64,000 nt of DNA from Microgenomates group bacterium (GCA_049720225.1 JBNASD010000003.1:143-64142), one strand, 5' to 3'. Counted from the first letter of the stretch, positions 37,168 through 47,410 are shown. The notes: a model not told the origin generated them from the sequence alone. Numbers and translations are program-made.

Positions 37168-38040
37168 ATGATAATTATTTTAATCTTAATTTTTTGGTGG
37201 TCGTTTTCCTCTCCTACCTTTGCTTTTTCCCCACAAAACTGGGAAATTACCGTTTCCGCTACCATTGGAGAACCCAAATTAACCGTTTATGGTTATACTT
37301 CACCCCAAGCATTAGTTGAACTAAAAGGAAACCGAATTTCTGAATTAACCATCGCCGACGCTACTGGTTATTTTCAATTTAATAAAGTTTTCTTACCTCC
37401 TCCTAAACCTCACTATCCCGAAATTTGTTTAACGGTAGTCGATCGCCAAAGTCGAGTTTCTTCCTTTCCTACTTGTCTTCCCCTTCTTCCCCCAAAATTA
37501 GCAGAAATTCGCGTTGGTCCAGTCTTGCTTCCTCCGACTTTAACTTTAGAAAAAGGAGAATTTTTACCTGGTGAACAAGTAAAAGCAGTGGGGGCAACCT
37601 TTCCCAATTCTTTAGTCACCATCTTTTTAGCCAATAGTCAAAATCAAAATTTTTCTATTTCCGAAAAAATTATTCCTTCTGCTTATGCTTTCTTTTTACC
37701 AAAATACGAAATTAAAAGTGACGAAAATGGCAACTTTGAATTTAATTTGCCCGCCGACAAACCAAACTATTGGCAAGCATTTGCCACTGCCGAATTTCAA
37801 GGTTTTGCCTCGCCTAAAAGTAATTCTTTAAGCTTTAAAATTTTAGGTTGGCAAGAGTGGTTTTGGTTAAAAATAAAAATTTTTTTCTTAACTATTTTAA
37901 ATTTTTTAAGGCCTTATTGGTGGTGGGTAATTATTATTGGAGAAATCATTCTTCTTTTTCTTCTTTTCCGTCAAAAAAAGAAATCTTCTTGGCTAATGAC
38001 TTCCCCACCCCGTCAGATAATTAAAAAAGAAAAAAATTAA
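37168..38040 (+). CDS. secreted Ig-like surface protein with C-terminal TM anchor
   Basis: Signal peptide; C-terminal WWWVIIIGEIILLFLLF followed by a basic tail. Confidence 0.45.
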   Translation: MIIILILIFWWSFSSPTFAFSPQNWEITVSATIGEPKLTVYGYTSPQALVELKGNRISELTIADATGYFQFNKVFLPPPKPHYPEICLTVVDRQSRVSSFPTCLPLLPPKLAEIRVGPVLLPPTLTLEKGEFLPGEQVKAVGATFPNSLVTIFLANSQNQNFSISEKIIPSAYAFFLPKYEIKSDENGNFEFNLPADKPNYWQAFATAEFQGFASPKSNSLSFKILGWQEWFWLKIKIFFLTILNFLRPYWWWVIIIGEIILLFLLFRQKKKSSWLMTSPPRQIIKKEKN

Positions 38041-38462
38041 CGAAAAATTACTTTTACCCGTTGAGGTAAAATTTTTCCTCTTACCTGTCCTTCAATTAAA
38101 TACTCTCCTGGTTGCTGGGCAGAAACATCAAATATAGCCCTTCCTAATTCATCGGTTGTCCCCTGAATAGGAACAATAACTAAAGACTGTTCGTTGTTTC
38201 CCAAAAAAACGGGTTGATTGGCTAATCCACGACCAGTATTATCTAAAATAAAAACGGTGACCCGAATTTTTTCCTCCCCTCCTGCTTGAGCCTGCAACGG
38301 CGAGGCAAAAAGATAAGAATTTTCTAAAGAAATTACTCCTTCACTTCTGGGAGTGTAAGCTCGGCCAAAAAAGGTTGTTCGTTGAGAAATTACCAAAACT
38401 AATCCTCCTAAAGAAAAAATTAGAATAATTATAATTAAAAAAAGTAAAAGAAATTTTTTCAT
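38037..38462 (-). CDS. small membrane-anchored/secreted hypothetical protein
   Basis: N-terminal TM; 141 aa. Confidence 0.4.
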   Translation of the reverse strand: MKKFLLLFLIIIILIFSLGGLVLVISQRTTFFGRAYTPRSEGVISLENSYLFASPLQAQAGGEEKIRVTVFILDNTGRGLANQPVFLGNNEQSLVIVPIQGTTDELGRAIFDVSAQQPGEYLIEGQVRGKILPQRVKVIFR

Positions 38463-38502
38463 TAAAACAATTATAATTGTTTTTCTTTTATTTTCTCAAC
38501 TC

Positions 38503-38540
38503 TCCCTAGGTGTCCTATCTAGTCCACCCCTTAGGTGGGA
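38503..38540. repeat. palindromic repeat element, full copy 4 (TCCCTAGGTGTCCTATCTAG + TCCACCCCTTAGGTGGGA)
   Basis: Same extension+hairpin architecture; lies between two minus-strand genes. Confidence 0.65.
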
Positions 38541-38549
38541 TAGAGAAAA

Positions 38550-39593
38550 TTAAACAAACTCACTTATTTTTTGATTAAACCGCTCGGCGCTTTTTTGACC
38601 AAAAAACTGGCGGATAATTAAAGAAAGTAACGCCATTCCTGCGCCAGCGTAAATTACAAAGTACAAAATCCAACTCGTCCAAAAGGATTTAAAAACAAAA
38701 ATAGGTCCCTCCTCTTGCCATACATACCGTAAAAATTTTCTCCCTCCCCATAAATTAACTAAAAAACAAAATGCCATCCCCCACCATAAGGGATGATAAA
38801 AAATTCCCCCCATTCCCAACGGTAAACTCAAAACTGCCGCCGCACCAGTAATCGTTTCCCGAAGGGTCATTGCTACCGGAGCAAATTTCCTTCTTTGGGA
38901 AAAAAGCAAACTCCAATAAAAACTACGACGAAAGTACTTTTTGGCTACCGGTCCAAACCCTTCAAACTCATGTTTTACTCTGATTTGGTCATCAAAAATA
39001 ATGGCATAACGAGAAGCAATCCGGTAGGTAAACTCAATATCTTCAATATCCGCTCGCCGGTAACGCTCGTCAAATCCTCCTAAACGCAAAAAAACATCTC
39101 TTTTGATTGCCGCAATTCGGGTAGAAAAAAGATAAAAATAGCCCCGTTGGTCTCGTTCATTAATCCAATAACTCCAATCACGAAGGGCTTTATAATTAGG
39201 AAAAAAGTCTTTGCTTTTTCGCGGACGTACCCAAACTCCAGTTAAAGCAGTTAAATCTTTATCTTTTAAAAACCGTTCGGCAACTCGCTTAATCGTATCC
39301 GGATAACAAATTACATCCGCATCCAAAAACAAAACTATTTTTCCCTTTGCTTTTTTAACTCCTTCATTTCGAGCTTTTGCCGGTCCGGAATTTCTTTTTA
39401 AACGAACAACTTTCACTTTTGGTTGATAAAGTTCTGCCACTCGCGCGGTTTCATCAGGCGAACAATCATCAACGACAATTACTTCAAAATCAGAAAAACC
39501 ACGAGTGGCAAAAATTGAATCCAAAAGTCGCGGTAAAACTCCCGCCGCTTTGTAAGCAGGAATGACAATCGATAAAAATGGTCTTTTTTTCAT
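38550..39593 (-). CDS. family 2 glycosyltransferase with C-terminal membrane domain
   Basis: LSIVIPAYKAAGVLPRLLDSI...EVIVVDDCSPDET...LFLDADV (GT2 DxD region); C-terminal TMs. Confidence 0.75.
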   Translation of the reverse strand: MKKRPFLSIVIPAYKAAGVLPRLLDSIFATRGFSDFEVIVVDDCSPDETARVAELYQPKVKVVRLKRNSGPAKARNEGVKKAKGKIVLFLDADVICYPDTIKRVAERFLKDKDLTALTGVWVRPRKSKDFFPNYKALRDWSYWINERDQRGYFYLFSTRIAAIKRDVFLRLGGFDERYRRADIEDIEFTYRIASRYAIIFDDQIRVKHEFEGFGPVAKKYFRRSFYWSLLFSQRRKFAPVAMTLRETITGAAAVLSLPLGMGGIFYHPLWWGMAFCFLVNLWGGRKFLRYVWQEEGPIFVFKSFWTSWILYFVIYAGAGMALLSLIIRQFFGQKSAERFNQKISEFV

Positions 39594-40477
39594 TTTTGGG
39601 CAGTAATCACTAAACTCGTTAAGGGAATAGGAATTTTTATTTTTCCCGCCGGACTGATTGCTTTTCCAAAAAATTTAGCTAATTTAATTAAATTTCTTTC
39701 ACGAAAATAAAACTTAAAATTTTCCAAAAGATAATTTAAAGGATACAATCGTGTTGGATCTTTTATTTTTTTAATTTTAGTAAATCCTCCTTTTTTCAGC
39801 AAAAAAAACAAACTTTTTTGCTTAAAGAACCAAAGATGCTCCGGATGACGAAAGGCAAACCAATTTTTTCTCATTAGTTTTGCTTGCCAACCTCCAGCAT
39901 CGGGAGTAGAAAAAAGAAAAAGACCTCGTGGTTTAAGAATTCGGTAAACCTCTTTAACAAAATCAATTGGGGAGGCAACATGTTCAATTGTCTGAAAACA
40001 GGTAACTAAATCAAAAAACGCTGGGGGAAATTTTACTTTTAAAAAATCACGTTTAAAAATTGTTTTTACCCCTAAATTTTTTCTTGCTTCACTTACGGGT
40101 GTTAGCGAAAGATCTACCCCCCAAATTTCCCATCCATATTTTTTAGCTACTTCCAAAAAAAATCCAAAACTACATCCAATATCTAAAACTCTTCCTGGTT
40201 TGGAGAAAAAATTTTTAATCTGACAAAAAACCTTTTCAAAATAATCCAAAAATGACTCTTTCTCTGCCAAATAAGAAGAATAGCCTAAAGCGGATTCTCC
40301 GCGAAATGATTGATTTTCCCAATACTCTGCTTGATAAAACTTTTGAAGTTCAGCTGCAGTCGGTAACGGCCAAATAAATTGACTTTGACAAAAATCACAT
40401 TTAAAAAATTTTCTTTCCCCTTTTTGAAAATTAAAATAAGCAAAATGATGACACAAAGGACAATTAACTTTATTCAT
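39590..40477 (-). CDS. class I SAM-dependent methyltransferase with N-terminal Cys4 zinc ribbon
   Basis: CPLCHH...CDFCQ; motif I VLDIGCSFGFF. Confidence 0.65.
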   Translation of the reverse strand: MNKVNCPLCHHFAYFNFQKGERKFFKCDFCQSQFIWPLPTAAELQKFYQAEYWENQSFRGESALGYSSYLAEKESFLDYFEKVFCQIKNFFSKPGRVLDIGCSFGFFLEVAKKYGWEIWGVDLSLTPVSEARKNLGVKTIFKRDFLKVKFPPAFFDLVTCFQTIEHVASPIDFVKEVYRILKPRGLFLFSTPDAGGWQAKLMRKNWFAFRHPEHLWFFKQKSLFFLLKKGGFTKIKKIKDPTRLYPLNYLLENFKFYFRERNLIKLAKFFGKAISPAGKIKIPIPLTSLVITAQK

Positions 40478-42089
40478 TTTCTACCTGAAAAAGGGTAACA
40501 TATTCGCTGGTAAAAACTGGTTTTAAAAAAGAAAAAGGTTTAAAATCGCCAAATTCTTTTTCTTGCGGACCCCAAAAAACAAAGGCAATCTTGTTTTTCT
40601 TTAAAAAATCTTTCGCTTCTTTCTCCCCCATCTGGCCAGAAAAAAATAATCTCACCACCAAATTTTTCCTTTCAAAATCAACGGTTTCTGTAAAATGACC
40701 TAAATAAACAAAATTTCCCGCATAAGCGGGAATATAATTGCCAGCGGTAATACCGGATAATACCACCTCTTCATCTGAAGTATTTTTTTCCAACCATTTA
40801 ATTGCCTCCCACCAGTCTTTTAAAGGATACATCACCTGCGAGGGATAAGGAACTAAAGGTAAAAAGGCAGCCAAACGTTGATTGATAAATTGAAACTGCC
40901 CCTTCAAGGAAGCATATATTCCGGGTAACGAAAGACTAAGAATAATTAAAGTGAGGGGAATAATTTTTTTCGTTTTTCCTAAAAGAAAAACCGTTAGGCC
41001 AGCAAAAGGCAAATGTAAGGCAGTTTGAATCCAATAAAGTTCGGAGTGAAGGCCAGTAAGACGAAAAATAATCATTCCTCCTAACGCGGTTAACCACCAC
41101 CAAATTAGGGGGTAAAACTTCTTTAATTTTTGAAAAAAAACAAAAAAACTTCCCAAAATTCCCAAAAATAAAGTTAATCCGTGAGCAAAAATTACTTCGT
41201 AAAAAGAATAAAGCCAAGGGTGAGCCCGATCATAATCAACCACGCTTTTCCAAGGATAAAAATGAGTAATCCATTGAATATAAATTAAAGGTAAACTAGT
41301 TAATAAATAAAAAAACAAAAAGGGAAAAATTAAAGAAAATTTTCTTTGAGAAATAAATTTTTCTAAAAAAATAAAGCCAAAAATTCCCCATAAAATCAGT
41401 AAACTGGGTGGATGAACAAAACCAGCTAAAAATCCTATTCCGGTAGCTAAAAAAAACCATTTTTTCTGATTTTTTTCTTCTTCCCAATATTTTAAAAACG
41501 CTAATAACCCAATTACCGTTCCCAAATGACCCAAAAGATAATGAGGAACATAAGTAATTCTTTTAATTTGATCCATTTCTTGCCACCAATCAAGCCAAAG
41601 CATAGGATGCCATTTTCCTTCCCAAAAGCCAAAGCGAGGAAGGCTTCCGGAAAATAAAGCTAAAAGAAAAAAAGCTATCCGCGAAGAAAAAGAAGAAAAA
41701 AACCAACTTCCCAACCAGTAAATTGCCAATAATAAAATTGCCCCTAAAAGAAGGCGCAAAAAATGATAAGTTAAGGCCGGTGAAAAACCAAAAATCCCTC
41801 CAACTTTTCCTGATAAAAGATAAAATTCTTGAAGTAAGCTTCCTTGGTGGGGCTCGGTAGAATATTTATTGATTACCGTCCAACGCCCTTCTGCCCCCTG
41901 ACGCATTTTGGCTAAATAAACATTGTAGTCATAAGTATGATTATGCTCTCCTCCTAAAAAAATCCGCCGAGAATCCGCTAATTTCCCACTGGCAAAAAAT
42001 TCATAAATTGTTGGCGAAAAAGAAATAGTTAAGGCTAAAAAAGAAATCAACAAAACTAATAATGTTTCGTTTTTAATAATTTTTACCAT
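40470..42089 (-). CDS. polytopic membrane protein, GT-C-like; paralog A of a 4-member family with conserved C-terminal soluble domain
   Basis: >10 TMs; C-terminal ...AGN.....G.........FLKKNKI.FVFWGP.E aligns with 48897, 50504, 53817. Confidence 0.5.
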   Translation of the reverse strand: MVKIIKNETLLVLLISFLALTISFSPTIYEFFASGKLADSRRIFLGGEHNHTYDYNVYLAKMRQGAEGRWTVINKYSTEPHQGSLLQEFYLLSGKVGGIFGFSPALTYHFLRLLLGAILLLAIYWLGSWFFSSFSSRIAFFLLALFSGSLPRFGFWEGKWHPMLWLDWWQEMDQIKRITYVPHYLLGHLGTVIGLLAFLKYWEEEKNQKKWFFLATGIGFLAGFVHPPSLLILWGIFGFIFLEKFISQRKFSLIFPFLFFYLLTSLPLIYIQWITHFYPWKSVVDYDRAHPWLYSFYEVIFAHGLTLFLGILGSFFVFFQKLKKFYPLIWWWLTALGGMIIFRLTGLHSELYWIQTALHLPFAGLTVFLLGKTKKIIPLTLIILSLSLPGIYASLKGQFQFINQRLAAFLPLVPYPSQVMYPLKDWWEAIKWLEKNTSDEEVVLSGITAGNYIPAYAGNFVYLGHFTETVDFERKNLVVRLFFSGQMGEKEAKDFLKKNKIAFVFWGPQEKEFGDFKPFSFLKPVFTSEYVTLFQVENE

Positions 42090-43038
42090 TAAAAATTTCT
42101 TTAATTTCTCCTAATCCATAAAACCAATGGGTAACAAAAAAGATTAAAAATATTTTACCCCATAAATTTAATTTTTTCTGCCGATAAGCAAGCCAAAAAC
42201 TATAAAAACCAAAAAAGAATAAATAAAACCAAAAAGATAAAGGAGCGGTTAAAACAAGGATTACTGGTAAATAAAAAATAGGTTTTTTTGCCTCCGGATG
42301 CTTTTTTAAAAACATCATCCTCCCCTTTCCATAAACAACCATTCTCTTTGCCCAATCTTTTAAGTTACTCCGCATTTTATGAATTACCCCGCTTTTAGCC
42401 AGGTAAAAAAATCGTCTGCCGGTTTTTAAAAGGCGGTAGGTCAAATCTTCATCTTCGATAATACTTCCTAAACTCTCATCAAACCACCCTACTTCTTCAA
42501 TCGCTTTTTTTTCATACAAAACATTCACACAAGGCAAATGGGTAACTTCGCGATCTTCCTCATATCGTCTCCCCTGAACTGAACCCCGACTTCCTAAAAA
42601 AGTATTTAAAACAATTCCTAAGGCTTGATAAAAAGAAGTGGTTTTTGGAGGATAATTTGGCCCTCCTACCGCTACCAAATTAGGAATTTTTCGTTTGTAT
42701 TTTTGATAACCTAAAACTAGACTTTTTAACCAATTTTTTGGGGCGATACAATCGGCATCAATAAAAGCCAAAAAAGCGGTTCTACAATTTTTAACCGCCA
42801 CATTCCGACTAATAGCAATTCCCCGCCGGGGGTTAATAATCAAACGAACTCTTTTTGTTTTTCTCTGAAATTTTTTAATAAGAGGAATTGTTTGATCAGT
42901 AGAATTATTATCAATCACCAAAATTTCTGTTTTAAAAGCAGGATAGGATTGTTGTAAAAGAGATGATAAACAATCAACAATATTTTTTTCTTCATTAAAA
43001 CAAACAACCGCGACGGTAACTTTAGGTAAAATTTTCAT
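42073..43038 (-). CDS. family 2 glycosyltransferase with C-terminal TM helices
   Basis: VAVVCFNEEKNIVDCLSSLLQQSYPAFKTEILVIDNNSTDQT, FIDADC. Confidence 0.75.
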   Translation of the reverse strand: MKILPKVTVAVVCFNEEKNIVDCLSSLLQQSYPAFKTEILVIDNNSTDQTIPLIKKFQRKTKRVRLIINPRRGIAISRNVAVKNCRTAFLAFIDADCIAPKNWLKSLVLGYQKYKRKIPNLVAVGGPNYPPKTTSFYQALGIVLNTFLGSRGSVQGRRYEEDREVTHLPCVNVLYEKKAIEEVGWFDESLGSIIEDEDLTYRLLKTGRRFFYLAKSGVIHKMRSNLKDWAKRMVVYGKGRMMFLKKHPEAKKPIFYLPVILVLTAPLSFWFYLFFFGFYSFWLAYRQKKLNLWGKIFLIFFVTHWFYGLGEIKEIFNGKNY

Positions 43039-44468
43039 TTTAGATTTTGGAAAAAATTAATTGCTCCCAAAAGGCTCCTTTTTCCTTCCGCTGGATTCGT
43101 TACTAATTGAATCAATTTTTTAATTAAATATTTTGGCCGAAAATAAAAACGAAAATAAGCTTGCCGACAAAACTTTTCTACTTCTTTTGCGGAAAAGGTA
43201 GGCAAATTGACGGTTGCTTGATATTCTCCTTTTTTTCCTAACCACCGCCGGAAATTTTTTTCTCTTAAATAACCCATTTTCTCTGCCCAATAGTAAGCTT
43301 TTGTTCCCGGATAAACAAAAAGCGGATAAAATTGAGCAGAATCAGGACTAAGTTTACAAGCAAATTGAAAGGTTTGTTCGGCGGTTTTTAAAGTTTCTCC
43401 CGGCCCTCCAATAATAAAACAACCATGAACAAGTAAGCCTGCTTTTTTGGCATTTTGGGCAAAATTTAGCGATTGCTCAAGAGTAATTTTTTTGTTCATT
43501 TTATTTAAAATCTCTTGATTACCTGACTCATAGCCAACAATCAAAAGACGACAACCGGCTTTTTTCATTAATTTCATTGTTTCTAAATCTAAATGAACAC
43601 GGGTATTGGTTGACCAAGGAAGTTTATTGCCTTTCTTAATAAGAAGTTGACAGATCCTACGAACACGAGGAATGTTAGCAGTAAAGGTATCGTCTTCTAT
43701 CACCACTTCTTTAACTTGGGGTAAATTTTTGGCAATCCAAAAAAATTCCTCTACCACCTTTTCCGGAGAACGAAACCGATATTTCAATCCATGTAAAGTT
43801 TGCGGCCAAAGACAATAAAAACATCCATAAGGACATCCCCGACCGGTAATAATCATTACCATTGGATAACGGGCGGCTGCAAAAAAATAATCGCGCGGAT
43901 CTAAAAATTGTTTATAGATTTGGGAAACAAAAGGAAAATCATCTAAATTAGTTAAAAGCGGTCGAGGAGAATTGACTATAATTTTTTTTCCTTGGCGATA
44001 AACCAAACCGGCTACTTTTTTTAACGGCTTCCCCTTTTCTAATACCTCCGCTAACTCAACCACTGTTTGATCATATTCCCCTACCGCCACTCCATCGACC
44101 AAAGAAGCAGAAGTTAAGGTTTCTTTTGGTAAAGCAGAAACATGAGGACCAACTAGTAAAACAAAACAATCTAAGTTTTTCTTTACTTTTTCGGCAAAAC
44201 GTAAGTCGTTATTGATGCTCGGCGTGCTGGTTTCTATTACTACTAACTGGGGAGAGAACCTTTTTAACTTTTTTATTGCCTGGGAAAAATTCATTTTTTT
44301 AGCGACAAAATCAAAAAGCCAAACTTCATTCCCCCATTTCTGGGCCCAACCGCAAGCTAATGCCAACCAATAAGGATAATATAAAGTTTTCCCTACCGGG
44401 ACTCCCGGGCTGCGTTGACCGCGGGAAAATCCCGGTAAAAATGGTGGATTAACAAAAGCAATTTTCAT
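43035..44468 (-). CDS. B12-binding-domain radical SAM enzyme (class B radical SAM)
   Basis: N-terminal cobalamin-binding-like domain; CxxxCxxC cluster GRGCPYGCFYCLWP. Confidence 0.7.
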   Translation of the reverse strand: MKIAFVNPPFLPGFSRGQRSPGVPVGKTLYYPYWLALACGWAQKWGNEVWLFDFVAKKMNFSQAIKKLKRFSPQLVVIETSTPSINNDLRFAEKVKKNLDCFVLLVGPHVSALPKETLTSASLVDGVAVGEYDQTVVELAEVLEKGKPLKKVAGLVYRQGKKIIVNSPRPLLTNLDDFPFVSQIYKQFLDPRDYFFAAARYPMVMIITGRGCPYGCFYCLWPQTLHGLKYRFRSPEKVVEEFFWIAKNLPQVKEVVIEDDTFTANIPRVRRICQLLIKKGNKLPWSTNTRVHLDLETMKLMKKAGCRLLIVGYESGNQEILNKMNKKITLEQSLNFAQNAKKAGLLVHGCFIIGGPGETLKTAEQTFQFACKLSPDSAQFYPLFVYPGTKAYYWAEKMGYLREKNFRRWLGKKGEYQATVNLPTFSAKEVEKFCRQAYFRFYFRPKYLIKKLIQLVTNPAEGKRSLLGAINFFQNLK

Positions 44469-45100
44469 TTCTTTTTTGCTTTAATTAAAATATCTCCTCG
44501 AAAAAAGAAATTTAAAATTAAATTAAAAAAATCAGGAAACCGCCCAATTGATCCTAAACTAGCCACTTTTAAAATAGTAAACTCTTGACTAACAAAATCT
44601 TTAAACTCCTTTTTACTAAATTCAAAAATATGAGTAGGATCACCTCCATAAATAATTTTAAACAACCGCCACGATAAAGAAAGACGATTGTTGGTCCCAA
44701 TAATAAAAATTCCTTCTGGTTTAAGTATCCTTTTAATCTCTTTTAATGCCTTTTGGGGGTTTTTTAAATGCTCAAAAACATTGATAGAAAAAACTTTATC
44801 AAAAAAATTATCTTTAAATGGTAAATTGGTAATATCTGCTTGGAAAAATTTTAATTTAGGGAATAATTTTTTTGCCTTTTTAATTGCAAAAGAAGAAATA
44901 TCAACCCCCATTCCTTCTACTAAAGGAGGACAAACAAAATTTAAAAGATAACCTGTTCCACAACCTGCGTCTAAAATCTTTTCTCCTTTTTTTACTGCCA
45001 ATTCTTTTTTAAGCCAATTAAAAGAAGGAATTTTTTCTAAATTCTTTTCTAAATAATGATCAGTATGCTGGCGATAATAATCCAAATCAAACTTCTTCAT
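44465..45100 (-). CDS. class I SAM-dependent methyltransferase
   Basis: Motif I ILDAGCGTGYL; 211 aa. Confidence 0.7.
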   Translation of the reverse strand: MKKFDLDYYRQHTDHYLEKNLEKIPSFNWLKKELAVKKGEKILDAGCGTGYLLNFVCPPLVEGMGVDISSFAIKKAKKLFPKLKFFQADITNLPFKDNFFDKVFSINVFEHLKNPQKALKEIKRILKPEGIFIIGTNNRLSLSWRLFKIIYGGDPTHIFEFSKKEFKDFVSQEFTILKVASLGSIGRFPDFFNLILNFFFRGDILIKAKKK

Positions 45101-46169
45101 AATTTTTTAATAATTTTTCCGCTTTTTTAAAAGATAAAGGTAGTTTTTGATTAAAAATTAGCGAAAGATATTTCTTAAGAAATTTTTTATTCTCTGAAGC
45201 TAGACATTGCGAGTGGTATTTCTGAAAAATCTTAAATTTTAATCCCCGCTCGCGAATTTTTTTGAGGGATTCTTTTTTAACATTTCCCAAAGAAAAATGT
45301 AAAAAAGGACAAGGCAAAACTTCTCCATCAGGAGTAATGTATAGCACTTCCTTTACCGCCGGACAACCAAAACAAAACCAATTGCTTTCCATATCGCGAC
45401 GAATCCAAGCTGATTTTTTCCGCCAACGATTAATTTCTTGCTTATCTTTAGGAGTAAGAAGAATTTTTTGATTCTCCTGCCAACGACCAACAGGACAGGC
45501 AAAAATTGGATTGAGAGCAATTTTTTCTTTTGTTGCCCAGGCAAAAAGTTTTTGCAAATCATCATTAAAAATATTTTGATGAGAAACGGTGGTATTCACC
45601 GAAACCTTAAAACCAAATTTTTGCGCCATTTTTAAAGCTTTCATTGCTTTGATAAAGGTACCCTTTTTTCCCCGAAAGCGATCGTGAACTTTAGGATCAA
45701 AACTATCTAAACTAAAATTAAGTTTATCTACTCCTAATTTTTTTAATTTTTTTAAAAGATTAGAAGTAATAAGTGTCCCATTGGTAGTAATGGAAATATA
45801 ATTTTTTTTTGGCTGAAAAGCTTTAATGATTTCAAAAATTCTTTTATCTAGAAAAACCTCCCCACCTTGAAAAGAAAAATGAATCGCCCCTAATTCCATT
45901 GCTTCTTTCGCTAATCGTTGATACTCTTTTAAAGTGAGTTTCTTTTTTTGAAAACGAGCAAATTTTGCCGCAAAACAATGCTGGCAGGCTAAGTTACATT
46001 GATAATCAGTGACAATATCCAAATAATGAAGGGGCGGAAGAAAAGATTTTAAAAAAGCAAAAAGGTAACCTTTAAGGGTACGAAAAAACAAGAATGGTTT
46101 ACGAAAAAAGACCCCGGTATAGTCTAAAAAGGAAGCCATTTTTTTTCCCGAAATCAATTTTTTCTCCAT
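45087..46169 (-). CDS. radical SAM enzyme with SPASM/twitch-like C-terminal Cys cluster
   Basis: CNLACQHCF (CxxxCxxC); C-terminal CPVGRW...CFGCPAVKEVLYITPDGEVLPCPF. Confidence 0.65.
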   Translation of the reverse strand: MEKKLISGKKMASFLDYTGVFFRKPFLFFRTLKGYLFAFLKSFLPPLHYLDIVTDYQCNLACQHCFAAKFARFQKKKLTLKEYQRLAKEAMELGAIHFSFQGGEVFLDKRIFEIIKAFQPKKNYISITTNGTLITSNLLKKLKKLGVDKLNFSLDSFDPKVHDRFRGKKGTFIKAMKALKMAQKFGFKVSVNTTVSHQNIFNDDLQKLFAWATKEKIALNPIFACPVGRWQENQKILLTPKDKQEINRWRKKSAWIRRDMESNWFCFGCPAVKEVLYITPDGEVLPCPFLHFSLGNVKKESLKKIRERGLKFKIFQKYHSQCLASENKKFLKKYLSLIFNQKLPLSFKKAEKLLKNYEEV

Positions 46170-46172
46170 TTC

Positions 46173-47351
46173 TTATTTCCGCCCACCCCTTAGGTGGGAT
46201 AGATCAAGATGACGATCAACCCCCAAAATTGAAAGGAAAAAAGAAGAAAAAATTATCTGAATTCCCAAAACAATTAACATCATGGAAAATATTGTCGGCC
46301 GAATTGCCCAAAGCTCACCAAATCCTTGTTTTGCCCAATTAAAAAAAGTAATCCCCCCCACTAATAAACCAATTAACAAAATTAATACTCCTAACAGTAA
46401 TCCTTTTTCTAAACGAAAGTAGCGAAAAACAATTGGCGTCAAAAGACTATCTTTAGCTAATCCTTCTGTCCAAGAAAAAACTTTAGCGAAAATTCCAAGC
46501 ATAATTACTTGATAACCAACCAAAACTAACATTGAAGCAAAAATCATTGTATGAAAATCAAACCCTCTTCCAAAAAGAAAAACCGGTCCACGCAAAAGCG
46601 ATAATACTCCTAATCCCCCTACTACCATTAGTATCATTCCCGGAAAAAGAAAAAGCCAGGTGGGGGCAAATAAAAGCATAAAACGGATATGTCGCCAGGC
46701 ATCACGAAACCGAGAAAGTTTTGAAGGCGTTTGCCGAGGATAATAAACAATCGGCACTTCTTTTATTTTTAATTTTTCTTGACTAGCGCGAATAAGCATT
46801 TCTGAAGCAAACTCCATCCCTAAACAAAAGAGGCGCATTTTTTTAAAAGCTTTTTTGGTTAAAGCCCGCATTCCTGTTTGCGAATCAGAAACTTTAAGAC
46901 CATAAAATAAACGTAAAAACAAATTTAAAGTGGGAGTACCAAAAAACCGATTTAGAAAAGGCATTGCTCCTTTTTTAATTTTTCCTTTTAACCTTGACCC
47001 TAATACTAAATCATAGCCATGAGTAAGAGGGGCAATTAATTTCGGAATTTCCCGAAAATCATAAGTCCCATCACTGTCGGCAAAAACTAAAATTTCTCCC
47101 TTGGCGGATTTTAATCCGGTTAAAAGAGCCTGACCATAACCCTTTTTAGTTTCCAAAATTACTTTTGCTCCTGCTTTTTCTGCTTTTTGGGGAGAACTAT
47201 CTTCTGAACCATTATCAACTACAATTACTTCTCCTTTTACTTTAGCCTTTTTTAAACCTAAAAAAGCTTTTTTAACACACCCCCCTACCGTTTTTTCTTC
47301 ATTCAGACACGGCATAATCACCGAAACAAAAAAATTTGTCATTTTTTTCAT
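46173..47351 (-). CDS. GT2 polyprenol-phosphate sugar synthase-like glycosyltransferase with C-terminal GtrA-like membrane domain
   Basis: VSVIMPCLNEEKTV...VIVVDNGSEDSS...ADSDGTYD; 4 C-terminal TMs. Confidence 0.7.
   Translation of the reverse strand: MKKMTNFFVSVIMPCLNEEKTVGGCVKKAFLGLKKAKVKGEVIVVDNGSEDSSPQKAEKAGAKVILETKKGYGQALLTGLKSAKGEILVFADSDGTYDFREIPKLIAPLTHGYDLVLGSRLKGKIKKGAMPFLNRFFGTPTLNLFLRLFYGLKVSDSQTGMRALTKKAFKKMRLFCLGMEFASEMLIRASQEKLKIKEVPIVYYPRQTPSKLSRFRDAWRHIRFMLLFAPTWLFLFPGMILMVVGGLGVLSLLRGPVFLFGRGFDFHTMIFASMLVLVGYQVIMLGIFAKVFSWTEGLAKDSLLTPIVFRYFRLEKGLLLGVLILLIGLLVGGITFFNWAKQGFGELWAIRPTIFSMMLIVLGIQIIFSSFFLSILGVDRHLDLSHLRGGRK
46182..46199. repeat. palindromic hairpin repeat, copy 5 (CCCACCCCTTAGGTGGGA)
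   Basis: Lies inside the last codons of 46173..47351 (HLRGGRK*). Confidence 0.6.
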
Positions 47352-47410
47352 TTTAACAAAAGTGTTAAAATAAATCTATTCAAAATTTTGCTTGGATTTA
47401 AAAAATTTTA

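Noticed and set aside
44688-46342. Small ORFs within the methyltransferase/radical-SAM genes (44688..44951, 45262..45471, 45353..45565, 45438..45635, 46094..46342); considered as possible RiPP precursor peptides for the SPASM radical SAM enzyme
   Set aside because: All overlap the long enzyme ORFs in other frames and translate to Lys/Phe-rich low-complexity peptides; no leader-core organisation or stand-alone intergenic position.
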